Shown: piece after piece, positions 17,498-27,422 of the stretch
Position numbering within the stretch: position 1 is the first letter of the stretch
Layout of the letters: every line of letters starts with the position of its first letter
Virus record (IMG/VR): IMGVR_UViG_3300012953_003264
Coordinates: 1-64,000 of that record
Reading direction: 5' to 3' (one strand)
DNA from: a virus
Lineage: Duplodnaviria; Caudoviricetes
DNA length: 64,000 nucleotides
Position numbers and translations under genes: made by a program
Notes under the pieces: generated by a model
The model's input: only the letters and a program-made list of their open reading frames with translations
What the model was told of the DNA's origin: nothing
Databases searched by the model: none

Positions 17498-17917
17498 TTA
17501 ATGTGCATTACCATTTTTATACACAATCTCCCTATTAGAATCTTTTAATTTTTCAATATCTTCTAACATCTTCTCAACTTGTTTCTGTAGAAACTCAATA
17601 TTCACTTTGTTTGTCATATTCTGCTCAAGGTTTTTTTCTATTTTCTCCACCGACTTATATAAATCCTCTATCAACATAAATTGCTCGGCGTCGGCCGGCA
17701 AGGAACCCATTTCACCTCTTGGCCATTTAATTCTAAATTCTACATTTTTTTCTAAATCAGCTTGCATTAATGTAATTTGTGTGCTATGCTGATTTAATTT
17801 TTCAGTTATACCAAAATAAGACCATACTCCGATACCGACTGCTCCTATTATGGCGAGCATGTTTCGGACCGGCATACTAATTGCTGTATTGTCGCTCACA
17901 TCTATTCTATCTTTCAT
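17498..17917 (-). CDS. Single-TM coiled-coil protein
   Basis: LAIIGAVGIGVWSYFGI TM followed by heptads. Confidence 0.65.
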   Translation of the reverse strand: MKDRIDVSDNTAISMPVRNMLAIIGAVGIGVWSYFGITEKLNQHSTQITLMQADLEKNVEFRIKWPRGEMGSLPADAEQFMLIEDLYKSVEKIEKNLEQNMTNKVNIEFLQKQVEKMLEDIEKLKDSNREIVYKNGNAH

Positions 17918-17923
17918 AAACTC

Positions 17924-18316
17924 CTATACCGTTGTAAAACCACTTTCTTTATGACACTCAATAATTAAACTAAAATTTTTTAAATTAGTTCCTGTTTTTA
18001 CCTTTATATTACCTGCGCCTGACTCTGGTTTAATTTTAGCCTCACTAGGTTTTAAACCATAATTATCTCTACCTGTAAGAGTTAAGAATGGGTCACCGTC
18101 ATCAAATTGTAGAGTAACTTGTCCTGTTTGTTCTACATTATTCACTTTCTCATTAACAACTTCGTGATATACATTAGCAACTGATATTTTTGATTCGTTA
18201 GTTGCACCACTTAATTTTTCAACATCTATAATAGTTTCGTCTTCACTCTTTTTACCAGTAATAACCTTAATAACTTTAAAGTTATCATCAACTAATCCTG
18301 TATTAGTTAATGCCAT
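17924..18316 (-). CDS. Beta-rich 130-aa protein, putative virion component
   Basis: Probable distant paralog of 16875-17267. Confidence 0.6.
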   Translation of the reverse strand: MALTNTGLVDDNFKVIKVITGKKSEDETIIDVEKLSGATNESKISVANVYHEVVNEKVNNVEQTGQVTLQFDDGDPFLTLTGRDNYGLKPSEAKIKPESGAGNIKVKTGTNLKNFSLIIECHKESGFTTV

Positions 18317-18552
18317 TACTGTGCGTCATAGTAAGTCTTTGATAACTCACCACGCTCAACTGTTGTTCCTTTTTTTCTACATCTAACATATACTTTGGTA
18401 ACTGCTGATGTACCTGGTCTAGTATGTGTTCTTATACCACCAGAAAAAGTTGAGTTTGCACCTGCTCCTGAATCAGAATATGTATTGGCCGCTGTAGCAG
18501 TATTTTCATATTGCCACACACTATTTGAACCTGGAACATCTACCCACGCCAT
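18316..18552 (-). CDS. Hypothetical protein
   Basis: ORF abuts its neighbours. Confidence 0.6.
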   Translation of the reverse strand: MAWVDVPGSNSVWQYENTATAANTYSDSGAGANSTFSGGIRTHTRPGTSAVTKVYVRCRKKGTTVERGELSKTYYDAQ

Positions 18553-18553
18553 G

Positions 18554-18781
18554 TTATTCTCCTGTTTCTTTGTCTATATAATCATAGACAATATCTGTTT
18601 TAACATTGTGTTTAAGAGCAACTTTATCTATTGTTGATTCAACCTCTTTTACAACATCATTAGTTTCATAATCAACTTGATTAAAAAAATCATTTACCAC
18701 ATCTTTGTGTTGTGGTGATAATGCATTAAAAGTAGTAGTATCAACTACATTTGATTTAAGTAGTTGGCTGACTCTCATCAT
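18554..18781 (-). CDS. Hypothetical protein
   Basis: Start moved to MMRVSQ (18781) to reduce overlap with the upstream gene. Confidence 0.55.
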   Translation of the reverse strand: MMRVSQLLKSNVVDTTTFNALSPQHKDVVNDFFNQVDYETNDVVKEVESTIDKVALKHNVKTDIVYDYIDKETGE

Positions 18782-19088
18782 TACTTGGCGCCTCTGCCTC
18801 TGGTGTTGCTGGTGCTTCTGCTTCAGTAGCAGCTGGCACTTCTTGTCCTTGCGTATCAATCATAGTCGCTGTTTCAGGACTAGGGTCTGTTACATGAGGT
18901 TTAGGGTCGCTATGTGCTTCAGGTTCTATTCCATTAAATATTTTTCCTGCAACAACTTCCCTATGAGCGTCTAGTGAGCTTGCCACTTTATCTCTTAATG
19001 CGTCTTTAAATACATCTCCAGCTTTTACATTATCGCCTGCTTGTAAGGCGTCAACGAATTGTGCTGTTTTACTTTGTTCTTCCGACAT
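18756..19088 (-). CDS. Small prohead core protein (gp67-like)
   Basis: Directly downstream of the portal; acidic; F..AL..KV...LD pattern. Confidence 0.6.
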   Translation of the reverse strand: MSEEQSKTAQFVDALQAGDNVKAGDVFKDALRDKVASSLDAHREVVAGKIFNGIEPEAHSDPKPHVTDPSPETATMIDTQGQEVPAATEAEAPATPEAEAPSNDESQPTT

Positions 19089-19097
19089 AATTTCTCC

Positions 19098-20612
19098 TTA
19101 TTTTACTTCTCTAGTAAATTCACCGGCGTCTGGCATTGAAATAATACCATCGTCAATTTCTTTCTTAATTTGTTTATTAATGTCTGCAATATCTCTATCA
19201 GTTTGTCGTAATACATTTTTTCTAACAAACTCTACAGAAAAATATTTACCAACATAATCTCTCATTGAGTCTGCAACTCTCAATCTTTCCATCAACAATT
19301 CAGACTCTTTTAATTCTGCAAAGTGTCCGTCTTGTAAAAAATCATACTGTAGATTATCTCTTACTGTAAACCAATCAGCTTCTGCTATAACAGCTTTTAA
19401 AACTAATTGTGTTCTCAATATATCATTAAACAATTCAGTAAATTTTTTTCTTAACCTTTGAACAAATTTAGTAAATTTAAGTTCATCTCTAGTAATTTCA
19501 GTTGAACGACCAAGATTAAAACCTTGATTCGCTTCTAATCTACTAGCAGGAACATTTAAACTTCTATAAAGTTTTGCTCTAAAGTATTCTATGTCTGTAA
19601 TTTCTCCAAGATTTTGACCACCAGGCAATGTAGAAATATCTGTACCTCTACCACCTTCTCTACTTGGTAACCAAAAGTCTTCAAGCATTGACATGTAGTT
19701 TCTATCATCTCTGATTTCACCTGTACTTGCGTCATAGACAAGTTTGTTTCTGTATCTTGCCATAACATCTCGTAAGTATTGTTCTGCTTTTACTTTCGGT
19801 AAATTACCTACATCAATTTTAAATATTCTTCTTTCAGGCGCTCTTGCTATTCTGTAAATAACAGCAGCGTCTTCAATCATTCTTAATTGATTTGTTGGTT
19901 TAATAGCCTTATGTAAATAAGACAAGACCATATTTTTATTCTGGTCTACTAAACCACTTGGTACAAATGCGATTGTATCTGGAGCAATCTTAATGCCACC
20001 AGATGTTGTACCTGCTACACCTTTTTCATTAAATAAAAAGTATTCTTCTATGTGGTCAACAACTGTTAAACCATGAGGCGTAGGTCCGTCAGGTCTTTGT
20101 TTTCTAACTTCTCTTACCTTTTTAATTTTTCTAGGGTCAATGTATCTTAATTCTGTAATACCTTTTACAGGAGATTCTCTATCAATTACTTTATGATAAT
20201 AGATTCTTCCGTCAACATACCATCTTCTAAAGATATCATGCCCTCTGGTATTAAAATTCATTAATCTTAATACTTCTTGGAATTCGTCTTCTATTTTTCT
20301 TTTGATTTCGTTACCAAACGGAAGCGTATCTAAACGCAACTTTACAGCGTCTTTAAGTTCGTTTGCTACAACAGCTTCATTGATAATATCTTCAATAGCC
20401 ATATCGCACTCCGGATGGAGAGCAATTTCTCTGTATCTACGAATTAAATCCTGCTCTGTTTTAGCAGTACCTTCCATGTCAAGGTACTGACCAAAGTAAC
20501 CACCGGCGGCGATGGTTTGTGTTCCATCTTCCGCCTGTGGTTGTGTAAAGCTTTGTTTCGGGTCTGCTTGTTTTTTAGTCCGTGTGATAGAAAACCCAAA
20601 TAAATCAGCCAT
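19098..20612 (-). CDS. gp20: Portal protein
   Basis: RRWYVDGR, IYRIARAPERRIFKIDVGNLP, EDFWLPSREGGRGT. Confidence 0.98.
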   Translation of the reverse strand: MADLFGFSITRTKKQADPKQSFTQPQAEDGTQTIAAGGYFGQYLDMEGTAKTEQDLIRRYREIALHPECDMAIEDIINEAVVANELKDAVKLRLDTLPFGNEIKRKIEDEFQEVLRLMNFNTRGHDIFRRWYVDGRIYYHKVIDRESPVKGITELRYIDPRKIKKVREVRKQRPDGPTPHGLTVVDHIEEYFLFNEKGVAGTTSGGIKIAPDTIAFVPSGLVDQNKNMVLSYLHKAIKPTNQLRMIEDAAVIYRIARAPERRIFKIDVGNLPKVKAEQYLRDVMARYRNKLVYDASTGEIRDDRNYMSMLEDFWLPSREGGRGTDISTLPGGQNLGEITDIEYFRAKLYRSLNVPASRLEANQGFNLGRSTEITRDELKFTKFVQRLRKKFTELFNDILRTQLVLKAVIAEADWFTVRDNLQYDFLQDGHFAELKESELLMERLRVADSMRDYVGKYFSVEFVRKNVLRQTDRDIADINKQIKKEIDDGIISMPDAGEFTREVK

Positions 20613-20639
20613 AATATTTTTCCTTTAATTACTACTTAA

Positions 20640-20647
20640 TATTTATA
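20640..20647 (-). promoter_or_regulatory. T4 late promoter upstream of gp20
   Basis: Exact TATAAATA. Confidence 0.8.
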
Positions 20648-20649
20648 TA

Positions 20650-21177
20650 CTATGTAGTAGTGTTACTTTCAAAGTATTGATATGAGAAAGTTACAGCAAA
20701 TTCTTCAATTGCTGTTGCTTCGTCATATGTCAATTCAATCGGAGCGATTGTATTAGGAAATGCACCTCTTAAAGTGTAAGACTTAATCGTTGCTCCATTT
20801 CTATCCAATTGGTCAACAAATGCGTCAACTTGATAATCTGCTGGATTAGTCAAGCCTTCGTTATCTGTCATATTGTTTATACCGTTCATCCATCTTTCAA
20901 ATGCGTTTCTTAATTTGAAATTTGTATCGTTATAAACTGTAACAGACCAATCTTCTATTGTTCTATCACCCGCTATTTTCACAGCTCGTCCTCTAAAAGG
21001 AACATTAAACGCTGGTACGGTCATACCAGGTAATGCTGTCGCTCTGCATAAAAAAGCAAGCTCTTCTATTTCGCCACCAACTTGAGCGTAACCAGGAAAA
21101 GGCATTGTTACCTTAAACTGATTGGCTCTTGCGCCACCGCCTGCAAGTTTAGCTTTGAAATCATTAATGTTTGCCAT
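20650..21177 (-). CDS. gp19: Tail tube protein
   Basis: GGGARANQF, PFRGR..KIAGDRT..DW. Confidence 0.95.
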   Translation of the reverse strand: MANINDFKAKLAGGGARANQFKVTMPFPGYAQVGGEIEELAFLCRATALPGMTVPAFNVPFRGRAVKIAGDRTIEDWSVTVYNDTNFKLRNAFERWMNGINNMTDNEGLTNPADYQVDAFVDQLDRNGATIKSYTLRGAFPNTIAPIELTYDEATAIEEFAVTFSYQYFESNTTT

Positions 21178-21188
21178 GATTTTTCTCC

Positions 21189-23108
21189 TTAACCTGCAAC
21201 TTCATCAAAACTGACACCAGTTCTGGTTGCGATAAATTGTAAAGTAATGAAGTTAATGCTTCTTGCTGGTTTAATAAAAATCTCAGCAATGAATTCATTT
21301 CTATCAATTACTTCGCCTGTGTTGTTAGTTTCATCACATACTACTAAAAAGTCCGTGATACCTCTTCTACCTTGTACCTCTCGTAAGAACGGCTCAACAA
21401 TGTTTCTAAAGTTTGCTCTAGTAAACTCATCATTGAATTCAAACAATTGGAATTTAGAAGCAGTAGCAATCGCTTTTTCTAGTACGATAAACAATCTTCT
21501 TACATTTATTCTGTCAAATGCTGAAGGTGCCGATAATCCAGTTTTATCTCCGAATAATACAGTTCCTTGTCCTGGGAATGTTGCCACAGGATTTACTCTA
21601 GCTCTGTATAATTCATCTCTTTGAGATTGTGTTGGATTGAAAGCAAGTTTTACTGCGCCTCTAATTATACCTCTATTCAGACCTGCTGGTGAGAACCAAG
21701 CGTCTGCAACAAGGTCAGTTCTAGCGGCTAGACCTGCAATGTCACCGTTAAGTGGTACATATCTGTATATGTCAGCATATCTGTCATACATGTATTTGTA
21801 ACCACTATCAAATACAGCGTAAGATGTTGAGTTGATTTGGTTGTAAAAACCAATCACATTATCTTTTTGTGTATTTGAGTCAGCAATATTAACTACATCA
21901 CTTCTTTCCGGAGAAGCAAATACGATTGCGTCTTTTCGGTTTTCTGCGAGTGTAATTAGATTGTCAATATGTGTTTTATCTCCTGCACCTGCAATGATTA
22001 AACCGATATCAACTGTTTCTGAATCTGCAAATTTTTCATAAGCAGTTTTCTTTTGACCAGTTGTAGCAGCCGAACCATCAGAACCACTTTGTAAAGATAC
22101 ATTTGAAACAGCAGTTACATCCGTAAATGTTGTTCCAGAAGCCGCACTACCCCAGTTTGAACCTGAAGCGTTGTGGTCCATCCAGTAAATGTTACTAGAT
22201 TGATTGTATATTACATTAGGATAATAATTATCAGAACCTTGTGGTGATTTTGCGTCTGAAGCTTTAGACAATGAGTTATAAACTTCTAAAACATCGCCTT
22301 TAGTTCCTGTTATTCCACCGTCTTCGTCTATAATTACTACATGAAGTTCATCATTAGAACCACCTCTTGCTGAAGCGTAAGGTGATGTTCCTGGTGCCTT
22401 GTTTACTAAATCATAATACTTCCATCTTCGTCTTACAGCTGCTCCGTTTGTCAAAGCGTTATGTAATCCAGAAGAGTCTGATACGCCAAAGTATGCTGGT
22501 TCTTCTTTTCTAACAATTGATAAGTCGTTTGTATTAACTGCTACAACTCTATACTCAAATTTGTCAGCAAAGTTTACTATGTCTCCTACAGAAATACCAA
22601 CTCCAGATGTTACTGTAACGACAGTATCTCCAACAGCAGTTGAAGCGTCATTTACAGTTGTCTTTGAAGTTTCTTCATAAGCAGTAGCAGATGGACAAGT
22701 TGAAATTTGTAAATTATTTCCCCATGCGCCAGCTGTTCTAGCTGCCCACAATCCTACAGAAGCAGAACCGTCAGCATGATTATTTTGGTAATCAGTAGTA
22801 TTCTTAACAACAAATGTACTACCACTTTCGGTAGCATTTGATACAGATGAATTCTGTACTCGGACAACCCTTAAAGAATTAGAGTATTGTAAAAAGTTAG
22901 CAGCTGAGAAAAAATCCTCAAAGTTTGTGCTATCTGGTTTACCAAATTTAGTTACTAATTCCTGTTCACTAGAAATTGATGTAACATCATCTAAAGGTCC
23001 TTTACTGAATTTACCAGCAAAAGCTCCGATTGATGTTGATACAGCAGGAATAATTCTAGTTAGGTCTTTTTCCTGTACGAGAACACCTGGTGATACTTGA
23101 AATGCCAT
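21189..23108 (-). CDS. gp18: Contractile tail sheath protein
   Basis: SPGVLVQEKDLT, WFSPAG.NRG, RINVRRLF, KPARSINFI. Confidence 0.98.
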   Translation of the reverse strand: MAFQVSPGVLVQEKDLTRIIPAVSTSIGAFAGKFSKGPLDDVTSISSEQELVTKFGKPDSTNFEDFFSAANFLQYSNSLRVVRVQNSSVSNATESGSTFVVKNTTDYQNNHADGSASVGLWAARTAGAWGNNLQISTCPSATAYEETSKTTVNDASTAVGDTVVTVTSGVGISVGDIVNFADKFEYRVVAVNTNDLSIVRKEEPAYFGVSDSSGLHNALTNGAAVRRRWKYYDLVNKAPGTSPYASARGGSNDELHVVIIDEDGGITGTKGDVLEVYNSLSKASDAKSPQGSDNYYPNVIYNQSSNIYWMDHNASGSNWGSAASGTTFTDVTAVSNVSLQSGSDGSAATTGQKKTAYEKFADSETVDIGLIIAGAGDKTHIDNLITLAENRKDAIVFASPERSDVVNIADSNTQKDNVIGFYNQINSTSYAVFDSGYKYMYDRYADIYRYVPLNGDIAGLAARTDLVADAWFSPAGLNRGIIRGAVKLAFNPTQSQRDELYRARVNPVATFPGQGTVLFGDKTGLSAPSAFDRINVRRLFIVLEKAIATASKFQLFEFNDEFTRANFRNIVEPFLREVQGRRGITDFLVVCDETNNTGEVIDRNEFIAEIFIKPARSINFITLQFIATRTGVSFDEVAG

Positions 23109-23143
23109 TTTGGTTTTCTCCTTAATTAGCTAATTATTTTTAA

Positions 23144-23186
23144 ATATTCAAATTTCGTATTATTCATACGCCCATATTCAAATTTC
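23144..23186 (-). repeat. 13-bp direct repeat (GAAATTTGAATAT) flanking a small hairpin in the gp18 leader
   Basis: Copies at 23144-23156 and 23174-23186. Confidence 0.55.
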
Positions 23187-23197
23187 AACCTTACAGA

Positions 23198-23205
23198 TAT
23201 TTATA
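23198..23205 (-). promoter_or_regulatory. T4 late promoter upstream of gp18
   Basis: Exact TATAAATA. Confidence 0.8.
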
Positions 23206-23216
23206 ATAAACATAAT

Positions 23217-24845
23217 CTACAACCCTTTACGCACTACGGGGTGCCACACATCTCCATACTCATCAACCTCTGTCTTTTCATGGTCTGGAGTACCATCATC
23301 TACGAAGCCAAAAGGCGCCATGTCTTGCTCAATTTGATGTTGTTGTTCTTCATACAACACTTTTCTAGCGTTTGTATCGGTCATCTCTTTAAAGAATGGT
23401 TGGTTTGCGAGCCATCCAAATATGACTAGACACATCATCAAATCGTCTGTACAACCCTCCTCTGCCATCCATGATTGACCACGCCTAACAAATGTTGACA
23501 TCTCTTCAATTATGTTAAAATCATTTACTAATACTTTATCACTTTCTAATAATGATTTAATATTTGAACAACCTATTTTTTTAATTTGTTTGGTCATCTT
23601 TACACCAAATCCAGAACCTCTACCTGAAAATCCTGCACCTAATATTTGACCAGCTCTACCTCTTTGTGTTGTCATTAAAAGATTGTCATACTCTAATTCA
23701 AATTGTAATGCCTCTGCTATTTGTTGGCCTAAATCATTTACTTCAACTAATATATGAGCATGATTATATCCTTTACAAACTCTATCTATTGTATGTGGAA
23801 ATAATAAAGGTTTAATATCGTTATCTCTAAACTTGGCGACAACTCTAAAAGGCATTTCTGTAACATCTATAATTACAAATGCTGAATAATCTTTTTGTAC
23901 ACCTCTCGCAACATCAACTGTACAAACATATGTTCTATCTTTTTGTGGTTGTTCATAAACATCTAAACATGCATTTGATTGAATAGGTTGTTTAAATGTC
24001 ATGTTTTTAATTTTAGCAGGATTAATTAATGTGTTAACAGAACCTAAAAACTCACATTCAAACTCTTGTTGAAACTGCTCTGGTGAGGTGTTTCTAATTG
24101 TTCTTTCTTTCCACTCTTCATCTCTGCCAGGCACTTCCGACCAATGCACTTCAATAGGAACATAATCATTTCTTTTTTCTTGAGCGTCTGTCCATAATTT
24201 GTAAAACTGATTCATACCATAAGGTGTAGAAACAATTACCATTTTAGTTTTTTGTCCAGATGATATCGTAGGATAAACAGAGCTAAAAAACATTTCGGCA
24301 ATATTAGCAGGTACGAAAGCAAATTCATCTAGGAAAATAATATTATATGAACCACCTCGGATAGCACTTGAAGATGTAGCAGCCGCCACTATTTGAGATT
24401 TATTTTCTAATTCAATATTACCTTTGTTCCAGTTTATAACACCTTGTTGTAACCACTTTGGTAAATTCTCATATGCTAATTGTACTCTACCTAAAATATC
24501 TCTAGCAGTAGATGACTTATTGGCAAGTATGGCAATGTTACTGTTTGGGTTAAATAAGGCGTAATGTAATAAGTAAGATACGGTAGTTGTTGACTTACCT
24601 GATTGTCTAGGTAGTTTACAAATTGTGAATCTATTATCATGTATAGTCCTTACAATATGTTTCTGAAAGTTGTACATCTTAAAAGGTACAAGACCTTCAT
24701 CAAGAGAAACAATCCTTATGTATTTCTCCATAAAGTAAATGGGGTCTTTACCACACTTTTGATATTCTAAAATTTGTTCTTTAGTAAACTCAACTGGTGT
24801 GTTGACTTTTTTTAAATTTGGATTACCTAGATATGCGTCAGTCAT
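23217..24845 (-). CDS. gp17: Terminase large subunit
   Basis: YLGNPNLK, PRQSGKST, IFLDEFAF, QEFECEFLGS, DDLMM. Confidence 0.98.
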   Translation of the reverse strand: MTDAYLGNPNLKKVNTPVEFTKEQILEYQKCGKDPIYFMEKYIRIVSLDEGLVPFKMYNFQKHIVRTIHDNRFTICKLPRQSGKSTTTVSYLLHYALFNPNSNIAILANKSSTARDILGRVQLAYENLPKWLQQGVINWNKGNIELENKSQIVAAATSSSAIRGGSYNIIFLDEFAFVPANIAEMFFSSVYPTISSGQKTKMVIVSTPYGMNQFYKLWTDAQEKRNDYVPIEVHWSEVPGRDEEWKERTIRNTSPEQFQQEFECEFLGSVNTLINPAKIKNMTFKQPIQSNACLDVYEQPQKDRTYVCTVDVARGVQKDYSAFVIIDVTEMPFRVVAKFRDNDIKPLLFPHTIDRVCKGYNHAHILVEVNDLGQQIAEALQFELEYDNLLMTTQRGRAGQILGAGFSGRGSGFGVKMTKQIKKIGCSNIKSLLESDKVLVNDFNIIEEMSTFVRRGQSWMAEEGCTDDLMMCLVIFGWLANQPFFKEMTDTNARKVLYEEQQHQIEQDMAPFGFVDDGTPDHEKTEVDEYGDVWHPVVRKGL

Positions 24846-25125
24846 TTAATACTATTGCCTCTATATGTGTATAGCCTAATTTGATAGCAGCCTGCACTCT
24901 TTGACTACCTCTATACACCGAATATTGTTTTTCTGCATAAGGTTTACCATTGACACCAAATCTAGGTTTTAAAGAATAACTATGTTGTCTAACTTCTATA
25001 GGATTTTGTAAATCTTCACCGTCTATTAGTTCCTTTAACGGCGTCATAGATTTTATATAGTGTATTTTAGATATTTCTACTATAAACTTATTCTTTAGTT
25101 TCTGCTTTGCCTTCAATAGTTTCAT
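24838..25125 (-). CDS. Small protein with a ParB/Srx-like C-terminal motif
   Basis: VYRGSQRVQAAIKLGYTHIEAIV; true start uncertain. Confidence 0.5.
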   Translation of the reverse strand: MKLLKAKQKLKNKFIVEISKIHYIKSMTPLKELIDGEDLQNPIEVRQHSYSLKPRFGVNGKPYAEKQYSVYRGSQRVQAAIKLGYTHIEAIVLND

Positions 25126-25573
25126 TTTCTTTTGCCTTATCAGCTGATGTTTCGGGTGTTTCTTTTCTTAACATCTTTTGCAATTCGTGGGTTGAACCTA
25201 CAAATAATGCATTTTTTATATTAGTGTTGGCAGTTTTTGGCAACTCTTTTAAGTCTTTTAATTTTTTCTGTAAATCTTGTAACTTATCTGTAACTTGAGC
25301 AACTTGTCCGATTAATTGACCAGCAACCTCATAGGCTCTAGGGTGTTGTCCTTCTTTTGCAATATCTAATATACCATCTATTGCTTCTTGACCTTTTTCA
25401 ATTAATTGATAATAGTTATCTCTACTAGTATCATAATCTTGGTCAACATGTGGTTTATCACCTACTGGCAAGTTATCTTTCTTAATTTCAGGTGGTGAAA
25501 AGTCTTTAACATCTATTGCGTCTTTCTTTTCTATGCCTAAAATATCGTTTACGCTGTCCTCTAGTTTAGTCAA
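25088..25573 (-). CDS. gp16: Terminase small subunit
   Basis: DYDTSRDNY, HPRAYEVAGQLI, NALFVGST.ELQKML. Confidence 0.92.
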   Translation of the reverse strand: MTKLEDSVNDILGIEKKDAIDVKDFSPPEIKKDNLPVGDKPHVDQDYDTSRDNYYQLIEKGQEAIDGILDIAKEGQHPRAYEVAGQLIGQVAQVTDKLQDLQKKLKDLKELPKTANTNIKNALFVGSTHELQKMLRKETPETSADKAKENETIEGKAETKE

Positions 25574-25775
25574 AATCTGTCCTTACTATATGTTTTCTTA
25601 AAGCTCTAACCAATTCTTCAATTTTATCTATAACCGAAATCAAACTTTTATCTGTTATGAATTGTTGTCTGCCTCTTAATTTGTCGTACTCTTTTAACGG
25701 AATAGTAACCGTACTTTGTTCATTTTCATATGTTAAATCATGGTCATGTGTATCTCTATCAATTTCATCACTCAT
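25566..25775 (-). CDS. Hypothetical protein
   Basis: ORF with SD, inside the operon. Confidence 0.55.
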   Translation of the reverse strand: MSDEIDRDTHDHDLTYENEQSTVTIPLKEYDKLRGRQQFITDKSLISVIDKIEELVRALRKHIVRTDFD

Positions 25776-25787
25776 AAATCTCCTTTA

Positions 25788-26594
25788 TTATGTATCAGTA
25801 TCAGTTGATGTATTATATTTCTTACTATCATCAAAAAATGATATAGTAGTTGTAAAACCAAAATCATCATCAGCGTCAGCCGTTGTAGGTTTTGGTGTTA
25901 CTGTTATCCTTTCTTCTCTCTTTGCTGTTGTAGTGTTAGTGTCGGAATATAAATCGTTTTGTACTTCTTTAATGACTTTATTATTGTTCATAGGTCCGTA
26001 CAAGTAAGTTTTAGCAGTAAAATTTAAAGTATAAATTACTGCTCTTCTTTGAGTAAATGTTCCGTTGTAACTGTCTTCATAACTTATATCGTTTAACACG
26101 ATAGGGATATCTCTCACAATATCCATTTCAGGAACAGCTTTCATAGTTACCGTATATTCTGGTTGAAACCATGGTAAAATTTGTTCTATAATCATAAGTC
26201 CGTTTTCAGCAGTTGCTGTAAAAGAATATAAAGAAAAATTAATGTTGTATGGTACAGGTGTATAGTTATAATATTGTACCTTACCTCCCTCGCCTTCTTT
26301 TACTTTTACAGTTTTGTTCATCTTATTTAATTTTCTATTAGCGTCATAAGATAAACCTGTTATTTCAAAACCTAATCTAGGTAGAGTTGTAGCAAATTGT
26401 CTGTTTTCTAAATTAGCTTGCTCATCTAATCTAACTAAAAATTTTTCTTTTGGTGCATATGCCAAAGGTACTCTAAATCTTTTAGTAATAGCACCAGAGC
26501 TATTTTTATTTTGTACAATAATATTATTAAATATTTGACCAAATGCAATGGTCAACTTTCTCATACCTTCGTTATAAAAATGAGTACCAAACAT
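25788..26594 (-). CDS. gp15: Tail sheath stabiliser / terminator
   Basis: MFGTHFY, VPLAYAPKEKF, EQILPWFQP, KTYLYGP. Confidence 0.95.
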   Translation of the reverse strand: MFGTHFYNEGMRKLTIAFGQIFNNIIVQNKNSSGAITKRFRVPLAYAPKEKFLVRLDEQANLENRQFATTLPRLGFEITGLSYDANRKLNKMNKTVKVKEGEGGKVQYYNYTPVPYNINFSLYSFTATAENGLMIIEQILPWFQPEYTVTMKAVPEMDIVRDIPIVLNDISYEDSYNGTFTQRRAVIYTLNFTAKTYLYGPMNNNKVIKEVQNDLYSDTNTTTAKREERITVTPKPTTADADDDFGFTTTISFFDDSKKYNTSTDTDT

Positions 26595-27418
26595 TATTCG
26601 TCAACCTCTCCAAATGGATTTCTTTCTGTAAAGTCTAATATGTCGTCTGTTAAATCGTTAGCAGTATCATAACCAGCAGCCTGATTTAGGTCTAAATTAC
26701 CTGCATAAGGTGATTGTGTTGCCAAATTACTTGTTGCTACATAAGTTTCCATCATTAACAATGCTGGTTGACCTGTTGAGTAATCGTAATAATCTTCTAA
26801 TACAATTGAACCTTCTCCTGTCAATGCAACTTGACCAGATTCTAAAGTAAATTTATGTTGTAAAGTATCTAGTGTAAATTTGTCTTCAGCTTGGTCTAGT
26901 AATTCTTGACCTGTATTAATTTGTTCATTTGCATATTCAAATTTAGTTACTCTTAATTTATATACTGGTAAGTTTCCTATTTGATAAAATGGTTCTTGGT
27001 CTTCTACGAATTGAATTTCAAAAAATGAATTCATTAAAGGCACAAAAATTAAATCGCCTTCATTTGGTCTACCAGTTGCTATTAAATTAGCAGTATTAGC
27101 TACATGCTCTTCAAATCTTCTTTTAGAAACTATTAGTGTTGTATCATCTCTAATTTCTAAACCAAATTTATTAATGATTTCGTTTTCGCCAGCAAATCCT
27201 TCATTAGTTTCAAAATACATTTCTATCAGATAAGAGTCGTCAAATCTGCTAGATGTATCTTCGCCTAATACTAAATCTCTATTAACAAGTGTTCTCGGCA
27301 TATAATAAACATCTTGTCCAAAAATCTTTAGACTTTCTATTATTATATCTTCGTGTAATAGTTTTTCAGCTGCATTTCCAATGCCCTTACCGCCTTGAAA
27401 ATAATGATTGATTGCCAT
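26594..27418 (-). CDS. gp14: Neck protein
   Basis: ESLKIFGQDVYYMPR, KFGLEIRD, PNEGDLI, NPFGE. Confidence 0.95.
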   Translation of the reverse strand: MAINHYFQGGKGIGNAAEKLLHEDIIIESLKIFGQDVYYMPRTLVNRDLVLGEDTSSRFDDSYLIEMYFETNEGFAGENEIINKFGLEIRDDTTLIVSKRRFEEHVANTANLIATGRPNEGDLIFVPLMNSFFEIQFVEDQEPFYQIGNLPVYKLRVTKFEYANEQINTGQELLDQAEDKFTLDTLQHKFTLESGQVALTGEGSIVLEDYYDYSTGQPALLMMETYVATSNLATQSPYAGNLDLNQAAGYDTANDLTDDILDFTERNPFGEVDE

Positions 27419-27422
27419 AGGT

